Positions 19,117-30,037 are shown, counted from the first letter of the stretch. The stretch is 64,000 nt of DNA from Bacteriovoracaceae bacterium (GCA_965217035.1 OZ244226.1:1966146-2030145); one strand, 5' to 3'. Numbers and translations: made by a program. Notes: generated from the letters alone by a model not told the origin.

Positions 19117-20085
19117 ATGAAAATAGGAATTTTGGGCTCTAGCCTAGAGTCAATTTATCTTGCATCCTACTTTGTAGATCTTGAGGCACACGTCACAATG
19201 TTTGGAAATATCGATCCTCTTCAGACCTATGAGTTTTATAAGTCTGAAATAGATCAAGGGTATTGGTTTGAGCTTTTAAAAAATCTTCAAGGTAAAATTA
19301 TTTTTAATAAGAATCGAATTAATCGAATTCAAAAATCTTTTCTTCAGAATAAAGAAGAAATTTCTCGAATGAAAGACACCTTTCGTGTTGTCACTGAAAA
19401 AGATGAAATGGAATTTTATGAAGACTTTGATTTTATTATTGAAGGAGAAGGTCTTACTAAAGAAAACTCTTTTTTAGGGGGGGATGCTCCAGCTCTTCAT
19501 GAATTGAAGTATTCTAAAAATAAATTTGGTTATTATTATGAAGATGAAATTACAGAAGATATTTTAAAGGATTTTAAAGGGAGTATTGCCTTAATAGGAA
19601 ATTTCAATAAGAACAAAGCCTTTGAAAATCTTTTTGAAAAGGAAACTAGTGAAATTCATTTGTTTCAGCAAAATGAGAGTTCTTTTTATGAAAATTACGA
19701 AAAAGAATTTCAGAAAAGCATTGAAGATTTTGAAGCTGGGAATGGAAGTGAACCAAAACGGAGAGTTTTTCAGTACCCGAATTTTAATATAATTAGTCTT
19801 GATTATCTTGAGGATAGAGAGCGTCTTTATATGACTCTTGAAATTCCTGATTTTCGCGCTCAAGAAGTTCACTTCACAACTCAAAGCATACAGACAATAG
19901 CGGTTGATAAATTAATCCATTTTCGTGATCTAAAGCAAAGTTCTAGTCAATTCCAATCATTTCTCCTGGAAAATGAGCCAGGATATTATAAAATAGAGGT
20001 TGGAGAATGGAAGAAATTGAATCAGTTAAAAGTGAGAGCTGGTCGTCTCAAAAATGAATTTTTGCAATATTTTACGAAAATTTAG
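19117..20085 (+). CDS. Hypothetical protein, possibly a degenerate FAD/NAD-binding oxidoreductase fold
   Basis: MKIGILGSSLESIYLA resembles a Rossmann start without GxGxxG; DFIIEGEG and AVDKLI segments. Confidence 0.45.
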   Translation: MKIGILGSSLESIYLASYFVDLEAHVTMFGNIDPLQTYEFYKSEIDQGYWFELLKNLQGKIIFNKNRINRIQKSFLQNKEEISRMKDTFRVVTEKDEMEFYEDFDFIIEGEGLTKENSFLGGDAPALHELKYSKNKFGYYYEDEITEDILKDFKGSIALIGNFNKNKAFENLFEKETSEIHLFQQNESSFYENYEKEFQKSIEDFEAGNGSEPKRRVFQYPNFNIISLDYLEDRERLYMTLEIPDFRAQEVHFTTQSIQTIAVDKLIHFRDLKQSSSQFQSFLLENEPGYYKIEVGEWKKLNQLKVRAGRLKNEFLQYFTKI

Positions 20086-20824
20086 TTTCTCATTGTTGAT
20101 ACTGTCCTGCGCGAGTAATGATCTTAAGAGAAAGCAAGTTAAAGAAGGTGTTGCCCTGGACTACGGGCAAATCTCGGAGTATTTCCTTCCTCTTATGCCC
20201 AAATGGGTGAACTTCTCTACGGCCGGTCAATGTTTTCGGAGTTCAGATGTCCAATACCTTAATTATAGAAAACTCCACCAATCATTTTCCTATAAATATG
20301 GGCAAGTTCTAGAGCTTCAGGGCCTATTTAATGATACTTTTTCAAGCCTTCAAGCATCCAAAGCAACAACCATTGAAGATCGAAATGCTGTTTTCTATGA
20401 AGCCGTTGAAAAAATGAATGGAGGAGTCAAATACCTTACTCTTCCAGAGTATGATCGCTTTTATCTTCTTTGGATTGATCGCATGAGTAAATCAGAGCTT
20501 GAAAAATGGTTGGAGGTTTATAGAGATTCTGAATATATGAATCAAGGAGTGCCGGTTCTCCTTTCTTTTTGTTACACAAAGTCAGAACTTATAAAACAAA
20601 TTGATCAATGGGATTTCGAAGAGGATTATCCACATGTTATCACAGCAGAATCTTTTTCCATTTATAATCAAAATTTTGATCAAGCACCTCGATTCTTTGC
20701 CGATCTTAGTAGCTTGTTTCCTAAAAAGAGTGAGATTTATTTTGTTTTAAAAAATTCTCAGCAAACACAAGATTTAAAACAAATTCGATTTTCTCAAGGA
20801 TTTCAAAGAATCCCCTTTAACTGA
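20054..20824 (+). CDS. Hypothetical lipoprotein
   Basis: Lipobox ILSC; 256-aa ORF overlapping the upstream gene. Confidence 0.6.
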   Translation: MNFCNILRKFSFSLLILSCASNDLKRKQVKEGVALDYGQISEYFLPLMPKWVNFSTAGQCFRSSDVQYLNYRKLHQSFSYKYGQVLELQGLFNDTFSSLQASKATTIEDRNAVFYEAVEKMNGGVKYLTLPEYDRFYLLWIDRMSKSELEKWLEVYRDSEYMNQGVPVLLSFCYTKSELIKQIDQWDFEEDYPHVITAESFSIYNQNFDQAPRFFADLSSLFPKKSEIYFVLKNSQQTQDLKQIRFSQGFQRIPFN

Positions 20825-22568
20825 TTTGGAATTGTGGTTTGATCTGTTGAACCATCAACTGAAGGTACTTTTTCCCATTGAAATGATTGATATTCAAAGT
20901 TGCATCAACGATAAGTGGATTCTGATCTTGTATATGATAGAGCTTTTCAGGGTCTAGGGAACCCCACTTATTAATATAATTAAAGCTAATGCCATTTAAA
21001 CTTTTATAAAAGTTATTCAGTTTTGTTTTTGAGCTAAAGTTCCAACGGACATGAATCTCTTTTAAAAGAGAATAGCTTGTAAGATAGGCATCCTTAATTC
21101 TGAAGATAGGTGTTGGATTTCCATTGCCAAACGGTTCCATGTAATGAAGAGCTTCTGCAAGATCAAAGTTCATATCATTCAGACTCACTTCCAAGTCAAA
21201 AGGTTCTGGTTTGGTTCGTAGGATCTCAGGAATCGTTTCTAGATAGCGATGCAATCGTTCTTTTAAAACAGATAAGTTTTCTTTTTTCATACTCAAGCCA
21301 GCCGCCGCTTTATGACCTCCAAACTTTTCAAAGAGATCTTTACAATGGTCAAGAGCTTTAAAAAGATCAAGCTCGCCAGCAGTTCTTGCTGAAGCTTTAA
21401 TCATTTCAGGGTTATCTGTATTCGTGAAAACAATGGCGGGTATCTTAAAAGTTTCAACGAGCCGAGAAGCAACAATTCCAATAACACCTTCATGCCAATC
21501 AGGACGATAAACAATATTAATCAAAGGATTGGGTTCGGTCCAAATTTTCTTAATATCTTCAACGGCTTGTTCAACCACTTCTTTTTGAATCGCTTTTCTT
21601 TCTTGGTTAGAATTTGAAATCGTAAAATAATGTTTTTGAGCCTTTACGGGGTCTGGCTCAATCAAGAGTTGTAACGAAACTTCTGGATGATCGAGCCGGC
21701 CGCGAGAATTTATATTAGGCCCAATTAAAAAAGAACATTTTTCACTTTCAAGAAAGTCTTTAACGGTATCTTCAGGTTTTAAAAAGTTTTGAAGACCTGG
21801 AATGGTTGTTTTAGGAAGTTGTTTGAGACCGTGCCGAGTCAATATTCTGTTTGTATGACTTAATTGAGCTAAGTCACAAATGGTTCCAATTGCAACTAAT
21901 TGGAGTAAAGGGTAAAGGGAAGGGATTTCTTTCCCTTGGGCTTCTAGAGCTTTTTTTATGCTTAAGGCTAAAGCGAAGGCAACTCCAACTCCTGCTAAAT
22001 GTTTCATCTCATCAGGAGTCGTTTCATCTCGTCGATTGGGATTTATGACAGCATAAGCTTTGGGAATATATTCTTTTGCATCTTTGTGATGATCCGAAAT
22101 GATCAGGTCGATATCTTTATCATGAGTGTACTCAGCTGTTTCCAAATTACTGATTCCACAATCAACAGTAATGAGAAGCTTAACTCCTTTTTTGATTGCT
22201 TGGTCTATGGACACAGGGTGAACTCCGTACCCTTCTACAAATCGAGAAGGTTGGAAGAGTTCGACTTCGGTATCGAGAGATTTAAAGAAGTGATAAAGAA
22301 GTGCACAGGACGTCGTGCCATCAACATCGTAGTCTCCATAAATTCCAATTTTTTCACCAGACTCAATCGCCACAATAATTCTTTCAGTAGCCTTGTCGAG
22401 ATCTAAGAGTTTAGTAAGATCTTCTGTTTGGTGGAGATTCCAAGAAAAAAACCTCTTAATCTCCTGGTCGGATTCATAACCTCTTCTTTTGAGAAGTTCT
22501 CGAACAACGGGGTTAACGCTTAAAGTCTGTGAGCTAGCATCTGGAGAGTTTAAAGTTTGATTTTCCAT
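20817..22568 (-). CDS. recJ: ssDNA exonuclease RecJ
   Basis: YGDYDVDG, ITVDCG, SDHH, AIGTICD, WHEGVIGIVASRLVE, FGGHKAAAG, EPFGNGNP. Confidence 0.96.
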   Translation of the reverse strand: MENQTLNSPDASSQTLSVNPVVRELLKRRGYESDQEIKRFFSWNLHQTEDLTKLLDLDKATERIIVAIESGEKIGIYGDYDVDGTTSCALLYHFFKSLDTEVELFQPSRFVEGYGVHPVSIDQAIKKGVKLLITVDCGISNLETAEYTHDKDIDLIISDHHKDAKEYIPKAYAVINPNRRDETTPDEMKHLAGVGVAFALALSIKKALEAQGKEIPSLYPLLQLVAIGTICDLAQLSHTNRILTRHGLKQLPKTTIPGLQNFLKPEDTVKDFLESEKCSFLIGPNINSRGRLDHPEVSLQLLIEPDPVKAQKHYFTISNSNQERKAIQKEVVEQAVEDIKKIWTEPNPLINIVYRPDWHEGVIGIVASRLVETFKIPAIVFTNTDNPEMIKASARTAGELDLFKALDHCKDLFEKFGGHKAAAGLSMKKENLSVLKERLHRYLETIPEILRTKPEPFDLEVSLNDMNFDLAEALHYMEPFGNGNPTPIFRIKDAYLTSYSLLKEIHVRWNFSSKTKLNNFYKSLNGISFNYINKWGSLDPEKLYHIQDQNPLIVDATLNINHFNGKKYLQLMVQQIKPQFQIS

Positions 22569-22644
22569 GAATTGGAGTTATTTTATCGGGAATATAGCTA
22601 GATGGATAGGGACATTGAGCTAGGGATAAGCTCTTGATTTTAGA

Positions 22645-22899
22645 CTACCAAATCACGTAGAGCCCTTTGATGAGTTGAGTCTCTTCTATTTCTTCTGCGT
22701 CATTGAAAAGAGTGTGAAATTTAGCTTCCTCTTGATTATGGATCTTCTGGAAATAATGGCTTGGGAGGAACGATTTACGGCATTTCTGGCATTTTTCAAG
22801 CTCATGAGTTGCTTCATTGAGATGAGCACAGACATGGCATCTTTTAAAAATGATCTTTTTACGAGCTGAGCTTTTTATGTTCTTTGAACTTTCATTCAT
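22645..22899 (-). CDS. Small zinc-ribbon-like protein
   Basis: CHVC...CQKC pair; likely start 22899 with GAGG RBS. Confidence 0.6.
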   Translation of the reverse strand: MNESSKNIKSSARKKIIFKRCHVCAHLNEATHELEKCQKCRKSFLPSHYFQKIHNQEEAKFHTLFNDAEEIEETQLIKGLYVIW

Positions 22900-22918
22900 A
22901 ACAACCTCTTGTAACGTA

Positions 22919-22946
22919 AGATCGGCAAATTCTGCCAGAGACTTTA
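22919..22946 (-). promoter_or_regulatory. Possible sigma28 promoter for the zinc-ribbon gene and possibly recJ
   Basis: Minus strand TAAAGTCT-N12-GCCGATCT (spacer one nt longer than consensus). Confidence 0.45.
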
Positions 22947-22974
22947 GAGGCAAATGATTAACCGACTCATTAGC

Positions 22975-23832
22975 TCAGAAGACGTAGCCAGCACCTAATG
23001 TCACTGAAAATTCGTCTCGATTTTGATTGACGTCAACCGTTGTGTCAGCCGTTGTGCTCGGACTGCCGAGACCACCTTGGAAAGCAAACTCGGCAATTTG
23101 GGTATCGCGTTCTCCAATGGTGAGGACATTCTTTTGAACTTTAAAGATAAAATAAAGTCCATTACGATTCATGATATTAAACCCAATCGCTAGATTCTGG
23201 GTGAGAAGTTGTTCATCAACTGTCGCGAGATAATATTCTGAATTTTCATAATCGTAATAATAATGTTCAAACTTTGATTCAGAGATGGCGTAACCGAGTC
23301 CAACTTGAATAAAAGGTTCAATCAAATTTCTCTCAGAAAGTTGAAAAGTCATGTAAAAGCGTTGAGCATATTCAAGGCCTGTTATTGTGTTATCATTTTC
23401 CTGCTCACTTATCATAACGGGGATTTCTTCGCTGGCTTTTCCTGAAAAGTGGTCACGGTTAGTATAGCGGAAAAGATTAACTTGACCTGAAGTTGAAACA
23501 TTACCCCAGCGAAATCGATAACCAAACCCAAGAGAAGGCCCAATAAGAGGAAGACTATCCGTCGCTTTAACGCTTGCTTTAATTCCTGTATATGAAACAT
23601 CGCTTTTATACATAAGAAGAGAGGTTTCGAGATTCATAAAAAAATGTGATTTTTTAGCGTTAGGACTAATGAAAGTTTTCTCTCTAAAAAAGATATTCGA
23701 TTCTTCTGGTTCTTCGAAAAGAATTTCTTCTTTTTCAAGGGCATACTTTTCTTCTTGAGTCGCTTCTAGATCATCCTCTTGGGCAAATAATGTGATTGGA
23801 AGAATAAAAAAGAATAAGAGGTATTTCATCAT
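22975..23832 (-). CDS. Outer-membrane beta-barrel protein
   Basis: Signal peptide from the ATG at 23832 (overlaps upstream TAA); alternating strands; C-terminal SVTLGAGYVF beta-signal. Confidence 0.7.
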   Translation of the reverse strand: MMKYLLFFFILPITLFAQEDDLEATQEEKYALEKEEILFEEPEESNIFFREKTFISPNAKKSHFFMNLETSLLMYKSDVSYTGIKASVKATDSLPLIGPSLGFGYRFRWGNVSTSGQVNLFRYTNRDHFSGKASEEIPVMISEQENDNTITGLEYAQRFYMTFQLSERNLIEPFIQVGLGYAISESKFEHYYYDYENSEYYLATVDEQLLTQNLAIGFNIMNRNGLYFIFKVQKNVLTIGERDTQIAEFAFQGGLGSPSTTADTTVDVNQNRDEFSVTLGAGYVF

Positions 23833-24695
23833 TAAAAGCCCGGTACCGTATATTGAGTTGTAGAGCAATTATTCGTTGGAACCTGAAGTCCGAGATTATC
23901 ACTACGAGTATAAGAAGTGATACTGGAGTATTCACACTTTAAAGCATCATCGACACGGTCACTAAGACTATCACCTGTATCGTTGGTGCTCTCTGTATCA
24001 TCATAATAAGCATCAGAGGATTGAGCGAAAGTGTAAGTGATCGTGCTATTAGTTGTTTCGTTTCCATTCTCATCTCTATCAATATCAGAGCGACTCATAG
24101 CGAAGAGTTGGAAGAAAGCTGGATGATCAAAAGTGGTCTGATTATTAAAGGTAAAGCTATCGATATTGGATTCTTCACCATCTCCAGTTCCAACACCTCT
24201 TTTAAGAGTATAATTAAAATTACTAGTGGAGTCAGTATAGGTGTTTTCGATTTCATTATCGCTGTCACTGGTACTAATAGTACACATGGCTGATTGAATC
24301 TTCTCCCATTGTTCTGAGTTGTTGGTGGTTGTAATTTTATAGATATAATCATCGGAGTTAATGATTTGATACTCATCAATATCATCGATGCTGCTATTTC
24401 GTCCGACCATGACGTATATTTCAGTCGAGTCAGCATAAAGAATGATGACATCAACGACGTTGGAGTCAGAGGTGATTTCAAAATGTTGGCGTATTGAAAA
24501 ATCATTAAAGCTATCGTTAGAGTTTGCTTTTAAAGTTTCGATAAGGCTTTCTGTGCTTGCGATGCAAGCGTCACTTTGACCGGATTCAATAGCAGATCTT
24601 TGGGAGTTAGTAAGTTCATCCCATAAAAATTTATCCTCTCTCACGCCGCATGCGGTCATAAGAGCTAAAACTAAAAACGTTTTGATGATGGGCAT
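23832..24695 (-). CDS. Hypothetical Ser/Thr/Asp-rich lipoprotein
   Basis: Likely start 24695 (GAGG RBS); lipobox MTAC. Confidence 0.6.
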   Translation of the reverse strand: MPIIKTFLVLALMTACGVREDKFLWDELTNSQRSAIESGQSDACIASTESLIETLKANSNDSFNDFSIRQHFEITSDSNVVDVIILYADSTEIYVMVGRNSSIDDIDEYQIINSDDYIYKITTTNNSEQWEKIQSAMCTISTSDSDNEIENTYTDSTSNFNYTLKRGVGTGDGEESNIDSFTFNNQTTFDHPAFFQLFAMSRSDIDRDENGNETTNSTITYTFAQSSDAYYDDTESTNDTGDSLSDRVDDALKCEYSSITSYTRSDNLGLQVPTNNCSTTQYTVPGF

Positions 24696-24795
24696 AACTA
24701 AATTTTCCTCTTTAAGAATTAATAATTCAAACTTTTTCAGAGAATTAACAACAAACAATTGCAGATTCGAGTTATAATACTTGAAGGAGATGACC

Positions 24796-25758
24796 ATGAA
24801 ACGGATTTCTAGTCTTGTCATTCTCAGCCTCTTTGTTGCCTGCTCTAAAGGCAAGAATTCTGCTATTCCTTTTCAAGCTTCAATCAATCAGGAATTCCAA
24901 GCTAATCAAGCTGAATGCGATCGCAATAGTTCAATCAATCAAGATATAACAAACCCACTTCAATTTCCTGAAGGAGAGAATTATCTGATCTATAATTCAG
25001 ATCAAGTTGAATCTATTGCCAATAATTCTGAGCTGTGGAAGAAGAATTTCAAAATTGTCGCAAATATTGATTTTTCAAAAATTTCCAGGCTGTCGATTGG
25101 GACAAATCGAACACCTTTTGAAGGAAATTTGAACGGAAGTTATTGTACTCTTTCAGGATTAGACATCAATGAAGATATTGTTGGTCTCTTTGCTTATGCG
25201 AATCGAGCAAGCTTTAAAAATATTTTAATTGAAAACTTTTCAATGGAGGGGGAGTTCAGCTCTGCTCTTGTTGCGATTGCTAACGAAACAGAGATAGAAA
25301 AAGTTCTTATTAAAAACTCTTTGATAAAAGGGAAGAAGGCTGCAGGTGGGATTGCAGGAATTGTCATTGATTCTAAAATTCGATCAGTTCTTACTGAAAG
25401 CCTGGAAGTGGACTCACAAACGTTCTCTGGTTCATTAGTTGGGCGATTCATTACTCTTAACAAAGAAAATCAATCTATCCTTGAGTTTTTTGATAGTTCG
25501 GCTAACTTTGTGAAGGCTGATGAAGGTGCTGGAAGTCTTCTTGGAGGGAGTCTTGGTGCTATCATTAAAGATGGAAGCTCCGAGGGGATTGTAGAAGGGG
25601 CTGACTATGTTGGTGGGGCGATAGGGAGTGCCACTGAATCTAATATTTCTCGAATGAACCTTAATGTAAAAGTTAATTCAGTAGGGAATAATGTCGGGGA
25701 TATTTTAGGAGAGGACGATAATAATACCCTCTCCGGAATTCAATTAACGAAAAGATAA
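24796..25758 (+). CDS. GLUG-motif beta-helix lipoprotein
   Basis: Lipobox FVAC; FKIVANID, PFEGNLNG, VGLF and repeated AGGIAG/GSLVG/VGGAIG/VGDILG motifs. Confidence 0.75.
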   Translation: MKRISSLVILSLFVACSKGKNSAIPFQASINQEFQANQAECDRNSSINQDITNPLQFPEGENYLIYNSDQVESIANNSELWKKNFKIVANIDFSKISRLSIGTNRTPFEGNLNGSYCTLSGLDINEDIVGLFAYANRASFKNILIENFSMEGEFSSALVAIANETEIEKVLIKNSLIKGKKAAGGIAGIVIDSKIRSVLTESLEVDSQTFSGSLVGRFITLNKENQSILEFFDSSANFVKADEGAGSLLGGSLGAIIKDGSSEGIVEGADYVGGAIGSATESNISRMNLNVKVNSVGNNVGDILGEDDNNTLSGIQLTKR

Positions 25759-25759
25759 A

Positions 25760-25996
25760 TTAATCAACAAATTTGTGACCATACTTTCTTAAAAACTTAG
25801 AAAGCGAGCCAACTTTATCGAGAGTTCTGATTGCTCTTGTCGAAAGTTTTAGTCTGATTTTTTTTCCTGACTCTGGATCGTAAACAGTCTTCATTTGAAG
25901 ATTTGGTTTTTGAGTCATCTTTGTCTTGATATTTGAGTGAGAAACCTTGTTCCCAACGAGACGTCTTTTGCCTGTTAAATCACATACTCTTGCCAT
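25760..25996 (-). CDS. rpmB: 50S ribosomal protein L28
   Basis: MARVCDLTGKR..VGNKVSHSNIKTK...PNLQ...STRAIRTLDK. Confidence 0.97.
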   Translation of the reverse strand: MARVCDLTGKRRLVGNKVSHSNIKTKMTQKPNLQMKTVYDPESGKKIRLKLSTRAIRTLDKVGSLSKFLRKYGHKFVD

Positions 25997-26029
25997 AACG
26001 GAATCCTCTTAAATAATTCTAGGTCCCTA

Positions 26030-26058
26030 CTTATAGGAAATTCGCCTTAAAATGACAA
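26030..26058 (-). promoter_or_regulatory. Sigma70 promoter of rpmB
   Basis: Minus strand TTGTCA-N17-TATAAG. Confidence 0.6.
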
Positions 26059-26364
26059 GTGTCTCCAAAGAGATCTTTCAAAGGGTTAAATTGTTAGTAT
26101 TTCCAGAAAGGTCCTCTTCCTAATTTTTGCATTAAGTCAAAAGCTAGTTACTCGAGATTAAGTCTCTCCTTTTTCAAGTATCTCTTAAGATCTCTCTTTA
26201 GATTTTTTGGACTAGTGGCTTTTGGTTTAACGCAGTCGTCATAGGGGCCAAATGTATCAGCTGAGCAGAAACTCAATCGAACACTTTCTAGGTTTGATTG
26301 CTTCTTGATCCAGTTTTATAGCTTTATAGGGTGAGTGGGATGAATGGCTGGGTCAATTTTGTTA

Positions 26365-28302
26365 CTAAGCTTTTATAACACTTGCAATTGACTGCGCATC
26401 GAGTCCATGCTTTTGGTACAAATGTGCCGCTTGATAGGCTGACTGTCCAAAAACTCCCTTAACTCCAAGGCTTGTGACTTTTCTGAGAACACTTGGATCA
26501 GCTTGCGTGATCTGGTGAATCAGGAAGGATCCAATTCCGCCTGCGACCTGATGGTCTTCAACTGTGATGATGTGACCATTGTGTTGCTTGAGTAGGTTCA
26601 CATATTTTTGGGCATTTATTTTATTGAGGAAGCGATGGTTAATAATGCCCGCATCTATTCCTCTGCTTGCAAGGATTTCTCTTGCCCCCAAAGCTTCATG
26701 AAGGAGGGGACCCGTTGCCGCAATTAAAACATCTTTTCCCTTAACGACAAGCTGGTCGTCCCATGACTTCACAGGATCGACTGTTTCTAAGCTTGGAATA
26801 AAATTTTCTCTTCCAACAAAGAAGACATAAGAAGTTCCATGACCAGCTTTTTTATCGGCATCAAGTTTGCGAACAGCTTGCTCCATAAGAACTTCAGCTT
26901 CTTCTGATGTCGAGACGCAAATAATTTCAACATTAGGAATAGAAGCAATAGCTGAGAAGTATGTTAGTGATTGGTGGCTGGCGCCATCGGCTGCATCTTG
27001 AAAGCCTGTATGGGAAAAAACTGCAATCATTGGGCAGTTTGAAAGGGAGGCCATGATTAAAGGCAGGTTTCCTTTTGTAATTCCAAAAGCAGAAAAGGTG
27101 TCGACTAATGGAATATATCCTGCTTTCGACCAACCGGCAGCAGTGCTTATCATATTGCTTTCCGCAATCCCAAGATCAAATGAATCACCAGGATTTTCTT
27201 TGTGAAAGGGTGCCATTCCCGTTGAGCCTTGAAGGTCAGAAGAAAGGCTCACAAGTTTAAAGCCTTCTGCTTTTAAGCGATTAAGAGCGCGACCAAAGCC
27301 CGCTTGGGCTTTTTCTTTTTTGGGGCCACTACTTGAACTTTCAGGCGCTTTTGTTAAAGCTTCCGCCCAGCTTAGGAATTCTTCTGGTGCGTTTCCTTCC
27401 CATAGCTCTTTTATGAATTCAGTAATTCCAGCATCATATTTTTTTAATGGAAAACCATGACCACCACTAGCACTGTCTTCTGTTGATTTAATACCATAAC
27501 CTTTAATAGTTTTTAAGCGAAGACAAGTGGGTTGTGATTTGGCTGATTCAAGGCCTTGCTCGATCGCAGTGTAGCAAGCTTGGAGGTCATTTCCTTTTTC
27601 AACTTCAATAATTTTCCAACCAAGGCTTCCAAGCGAGTTAAAGGTCGGTGCCATATCGAAAGCATCGATCATTCGACCAGAAAGTTTTGTTTGATTATCT
27701 GAAACGATTAGCAAAAATGGATTGATTAATCCTTTCTGATGAAGACCAGGGATAGCAGCGAGAGCTTCTTTGGCTTCGCCTTCCATACAGGCACCATCAG
27801 AAATGGAGTTAATTGTAATTCGATCATTATTTGAATGTTTATCCGCCATTGCAAGGCCTTGAGCTTGGGGAAGTGAAGATCCAAGTGGACCATTGCTTAA
27901 AAGAACGCCTTCCGGATAAAGATGAGATTCACCATGGCCAGTGAGTTTACTATCAAGACTTCGAAAACCTTTGAGATCATCGAAGCTTAGTCCACCAAAT
28001 CCATGGAGTGCTCGAAGAGCATAGATTCCATTTTCAGCATGGCCAATATCATTAACAAAGTTATACTTTTCAAACCAGTTTTCAGTTTGGAACATAATCT
28101 CGTGAAGGGCAGACATCGATTCGGCCATAGCCGCTGGACCACCCCAGTGACAAGCAGCTCCACCGTTGACTGCATGAAGGTTCATAAGAGCTAATAAACT
28201 TCGTGTTGCTTTGGGGTCAGCGCATTTTTTCTCTAAGCCGTCCTTTGTAGAGACAGTGACACTGTATAGGGGGTCTTTTTGTGGAGCGGGGTGAAGAGCC
28301 AT
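26365..28302 (-). CDS. Transketolase-family TPP enzyme
   Basis: TPP motif SDGACMEG...DN, GPLGS, GIAESNM, SHTGFQDAADGASHQ, VEDHQVAGG; likely start 28302. Confidence 0.85.
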   Translation of the reverse strand: MALHPAPQKDPLYSVTVSTKDGLEKKCADPKATRSLLALMNLHAVNGGAACHWGGPAAMAESMSALHEIMFQTENWFEKYNFVNDIGHAENGIYALRALHGFGGLSFDDLKGFRSLDSKLTGHGESHLYPEGVLLSNGPLGSSLPQAQGLAMADKHSNNDRITINSISDGACMEGEAKEALAAIPGLHQKGLINPFLLIVSDNQTKLSGRMIDAFDMAPTFNSLGSLGWKIIEVEKGNDLQACYTAIEQGLESAKSQPTCLRLKTIKGYGIKSTEDSASGGHGFPLKKYDAGITEFIKELWEGNAPEEFLSWAEALTKAPESSSSGPKKEKAQAGFGRALNRLKAEGFKLVSLSSDLQGSTGMAPFHKENPGDSFDLGIAESNMISTAAGWSKAGYIPLVDTFSAFGITKGNLPLIMASLSNCPMIAVFSHTGFQDAADGASHQSLTYFSAIASIPNVEIICVSTSEEAEVLMEQAVRKLDADKKAGHGTSYVFFVGRENFIPSLETVDPVKSWDDQLVVKGKDVLIAATGPLLHEALGAREILASRGIDAGIINHRFLNKINAQKYVNLLKQHNGHIITVEDHQVAGGIGSFLIHQITQADPSVLRKVTSLGVKGVFGQSAYQAAHLYQKHGLDAQSIASVIKA

Positions 28303-28367
28303 AAGACTTTCCTTGATGAGATTTGCCTCCAGTATATTGAGAGCGTAGTATCGTGACAAGGTAATTG

Positions 28368-29585
28368 ATGTCATCAGAAAGAAAACGCGAGCGGCTCTAC
28401 GTTTTTATTTTAGCAGCACTCCAATTCTGCCATATTTTAGACTTTGTGATCATGATGCCCTTGGGGCCATTATTCATGCGCGAGTTCTCGATCTCACCGG
28501 CAGAGTTTGGTTTGTTAGTTTCTACTTATAATTTGAGTGGAGCCCCTTTTACATTATTAGTAGGCTTGGTTGCTGATCGTTTTGATCGTAAGTCTTTTGT
28601 TCTCGTTAATCTTGTTGGTTTCATTGTTTCAACTATTTATTGTGGTGTTTCGACATCTTATAACCAGCTTGTGATTGCAAGACTTTTAGCTGGAGCCTTT
28701 GGTGGAGCTCTTAATGTTGCTACTTATTCGGTTCTTCCCGACCTTATCCCGGAAATTAGAAGAGGAGCTGCAACGGGAGCGGTCATGTCCGCTTTTTCTT
28801 TAGCTTCGGTTCTCGGTGTTCCTCTTGGTCTGACAATTGCGACTAATTTTAGTTGGCAGTTAGCATTTCTTTTTATTGGTGGTGTTAGTATTTTTATTTG
28901 GATTCTAGTCCTTTTTTATATTCCAAGTTTAAAAAGCCATATTGCCAGCTGCGTGAAGTTCAAAGATCTAGTTTCACATTACTTAAAAGTTGGTTTGAAA
29001 AAAGAGTACTGGACGGCTTTTACCTTGAGCGGATTGTTAGGCTTTGGAACGTTTCTTCTCATTCCATTTATTTCTCCTTATGCGGTGGAAAACGTAGGGA
29101 TTAGGGAAGATGATCTAAGATTCATTTACTTAGTGGGAGGTGCTTTCACTTTTTTTAGTGCTCGCTTCATTGGAAAATTATGTGACTCATGGGGAACGTT
29201 TAAGACATTTTGCTTAGTCGCTTGTATTAGTTTGATTCCGATTGCTATCTATACCAATTTAGGAACAACACCATTGGCCCTTACATTGATTGTTTCTACC
29301 TGTTTTATGATGACGATGTCTGGTCGTTTTGTTCCTGTTGTTACCATGGCGACAAAGAATCCACTCCCTGAAGATACCGGGGTTTTTATGAGTTTTTTTA
29401 ATGCGATGAGATCTTTGGCCACAGGTTTAGCTGCCTATGTGGGAGGCTTGTTTGTTACGCAATCTGAAACTGGCCAATTGCTCGGTTATAATCATATTGG
29501 CTATATTGCTATTGCTCTTACCCTTATCTGTTTTATTCCAGCTTGGCGGTTGGATAAATTTATCTTATTGAGAACTGTCAGATAA
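28368..29585 (+). CDS. MFS transporter (drug/arabinose-efflux-like)
   Basis: 12 hydrophobic segments; motif A GLVADRFDRK; ARLLAGAFGG. Confidence 0.9.
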   Translation: MSSERKRERLYVFILAALQFCHILDFVIMMPLGPLFMREFSISPAEFGLLVSTYNLSGAPFTLLVGLVADRFDRKSFVLVNLVGFIVSTIYCGVSTSYNQLVIARLLAGAFGGALNVATYSVLPDLIPEIRRGAATGAVMSAFSLASVLGVPLGLTIATNFSWQLAFLFIGGVSIFIWILVLFYIPSLKSHIASCVKFKDLVSHYLKVGLKKEYWTAFTLSGLLGFGTFLLIPFISPYAVENVGIREDDLRFIYLVGGAFTFFSARFIGKLCDSWGTFKTFCLVACISLIPIAIYTNLGTTPLALTLIVSTCFMMTMSGRFVPVVTMATKNPLPEDTGVFMSFFNAMRSLATGLAAYVGGLFVTQSETGQLLGYNHIGYIAIALTLICFIPAWRLDKFILLRTVR

Positions 29586-29665
29586 TGTGAGCTCGCAGGG
29601 CTTGAATACCTTACTAATCAACTCTAGACTTTGGCTATATTAATTTTAAGATTATGGAGAATCTC

Positions 29666-30013
29666 ATGAGAAGATCACTGATGATGATCGTTTTTTTCTG
29701 CGCTCAATTTGGGCATTCTGCAGAAATTATTGAAGCGAAAAGAATTAAAAGATTTCTACTTCGTGACCGTGTTCAACTTTCCCTGAAATATGCAGGTGGC
29801 TGCAAAAAACATGAATTTTCTTTGAGGCTAGTTCATTGCAGTAAGCACGCCCGAAATTGCTTGATGGAGCTGGTTCATAACCGCAATGAGGAAAGTTGTG
29901 AAATGCTTGTTCAAGAAGATGTTACATTAAGCTTACCTCGAGGAAGGAAAATCATGAGATATGATTGGGAAATTCTTGGAGATAAAGCCAGCTCTGTAAT
30001 AATTAAAAAATAA
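29666..30013 (+). CDS. Small secreted protein (NigD C-terminal-like)
   Basis: Signal peptide; YAGGCKKHEF...HNRNEESCE pattern. Confidence 0.5.
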   Translation: MRRSLMMIVFFCAQFGHSAEIIEAKRIKRFLLRDRVQLSLKYAGGCKKHEFSLRLVHCSKHARNCLMELVHNRNEESCEMLVQEDVTLSLPRGRKIMRYDWEILGDKASSVIIKK

Positions 30014-30037
30014 ATAAACGATTAAGGAATGGTAATA

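Noticed and set aside
26148..26315. Stop-free minus-strand frame (WIKKQSNLESVRLSFC...RLNLE*) or a possible ncRNA between transketolase and rpmB
   Set aside because: No ATG or RBS, only an internal TTG. No tmRNA, 6S, SRP or riboswitch signature recognised.
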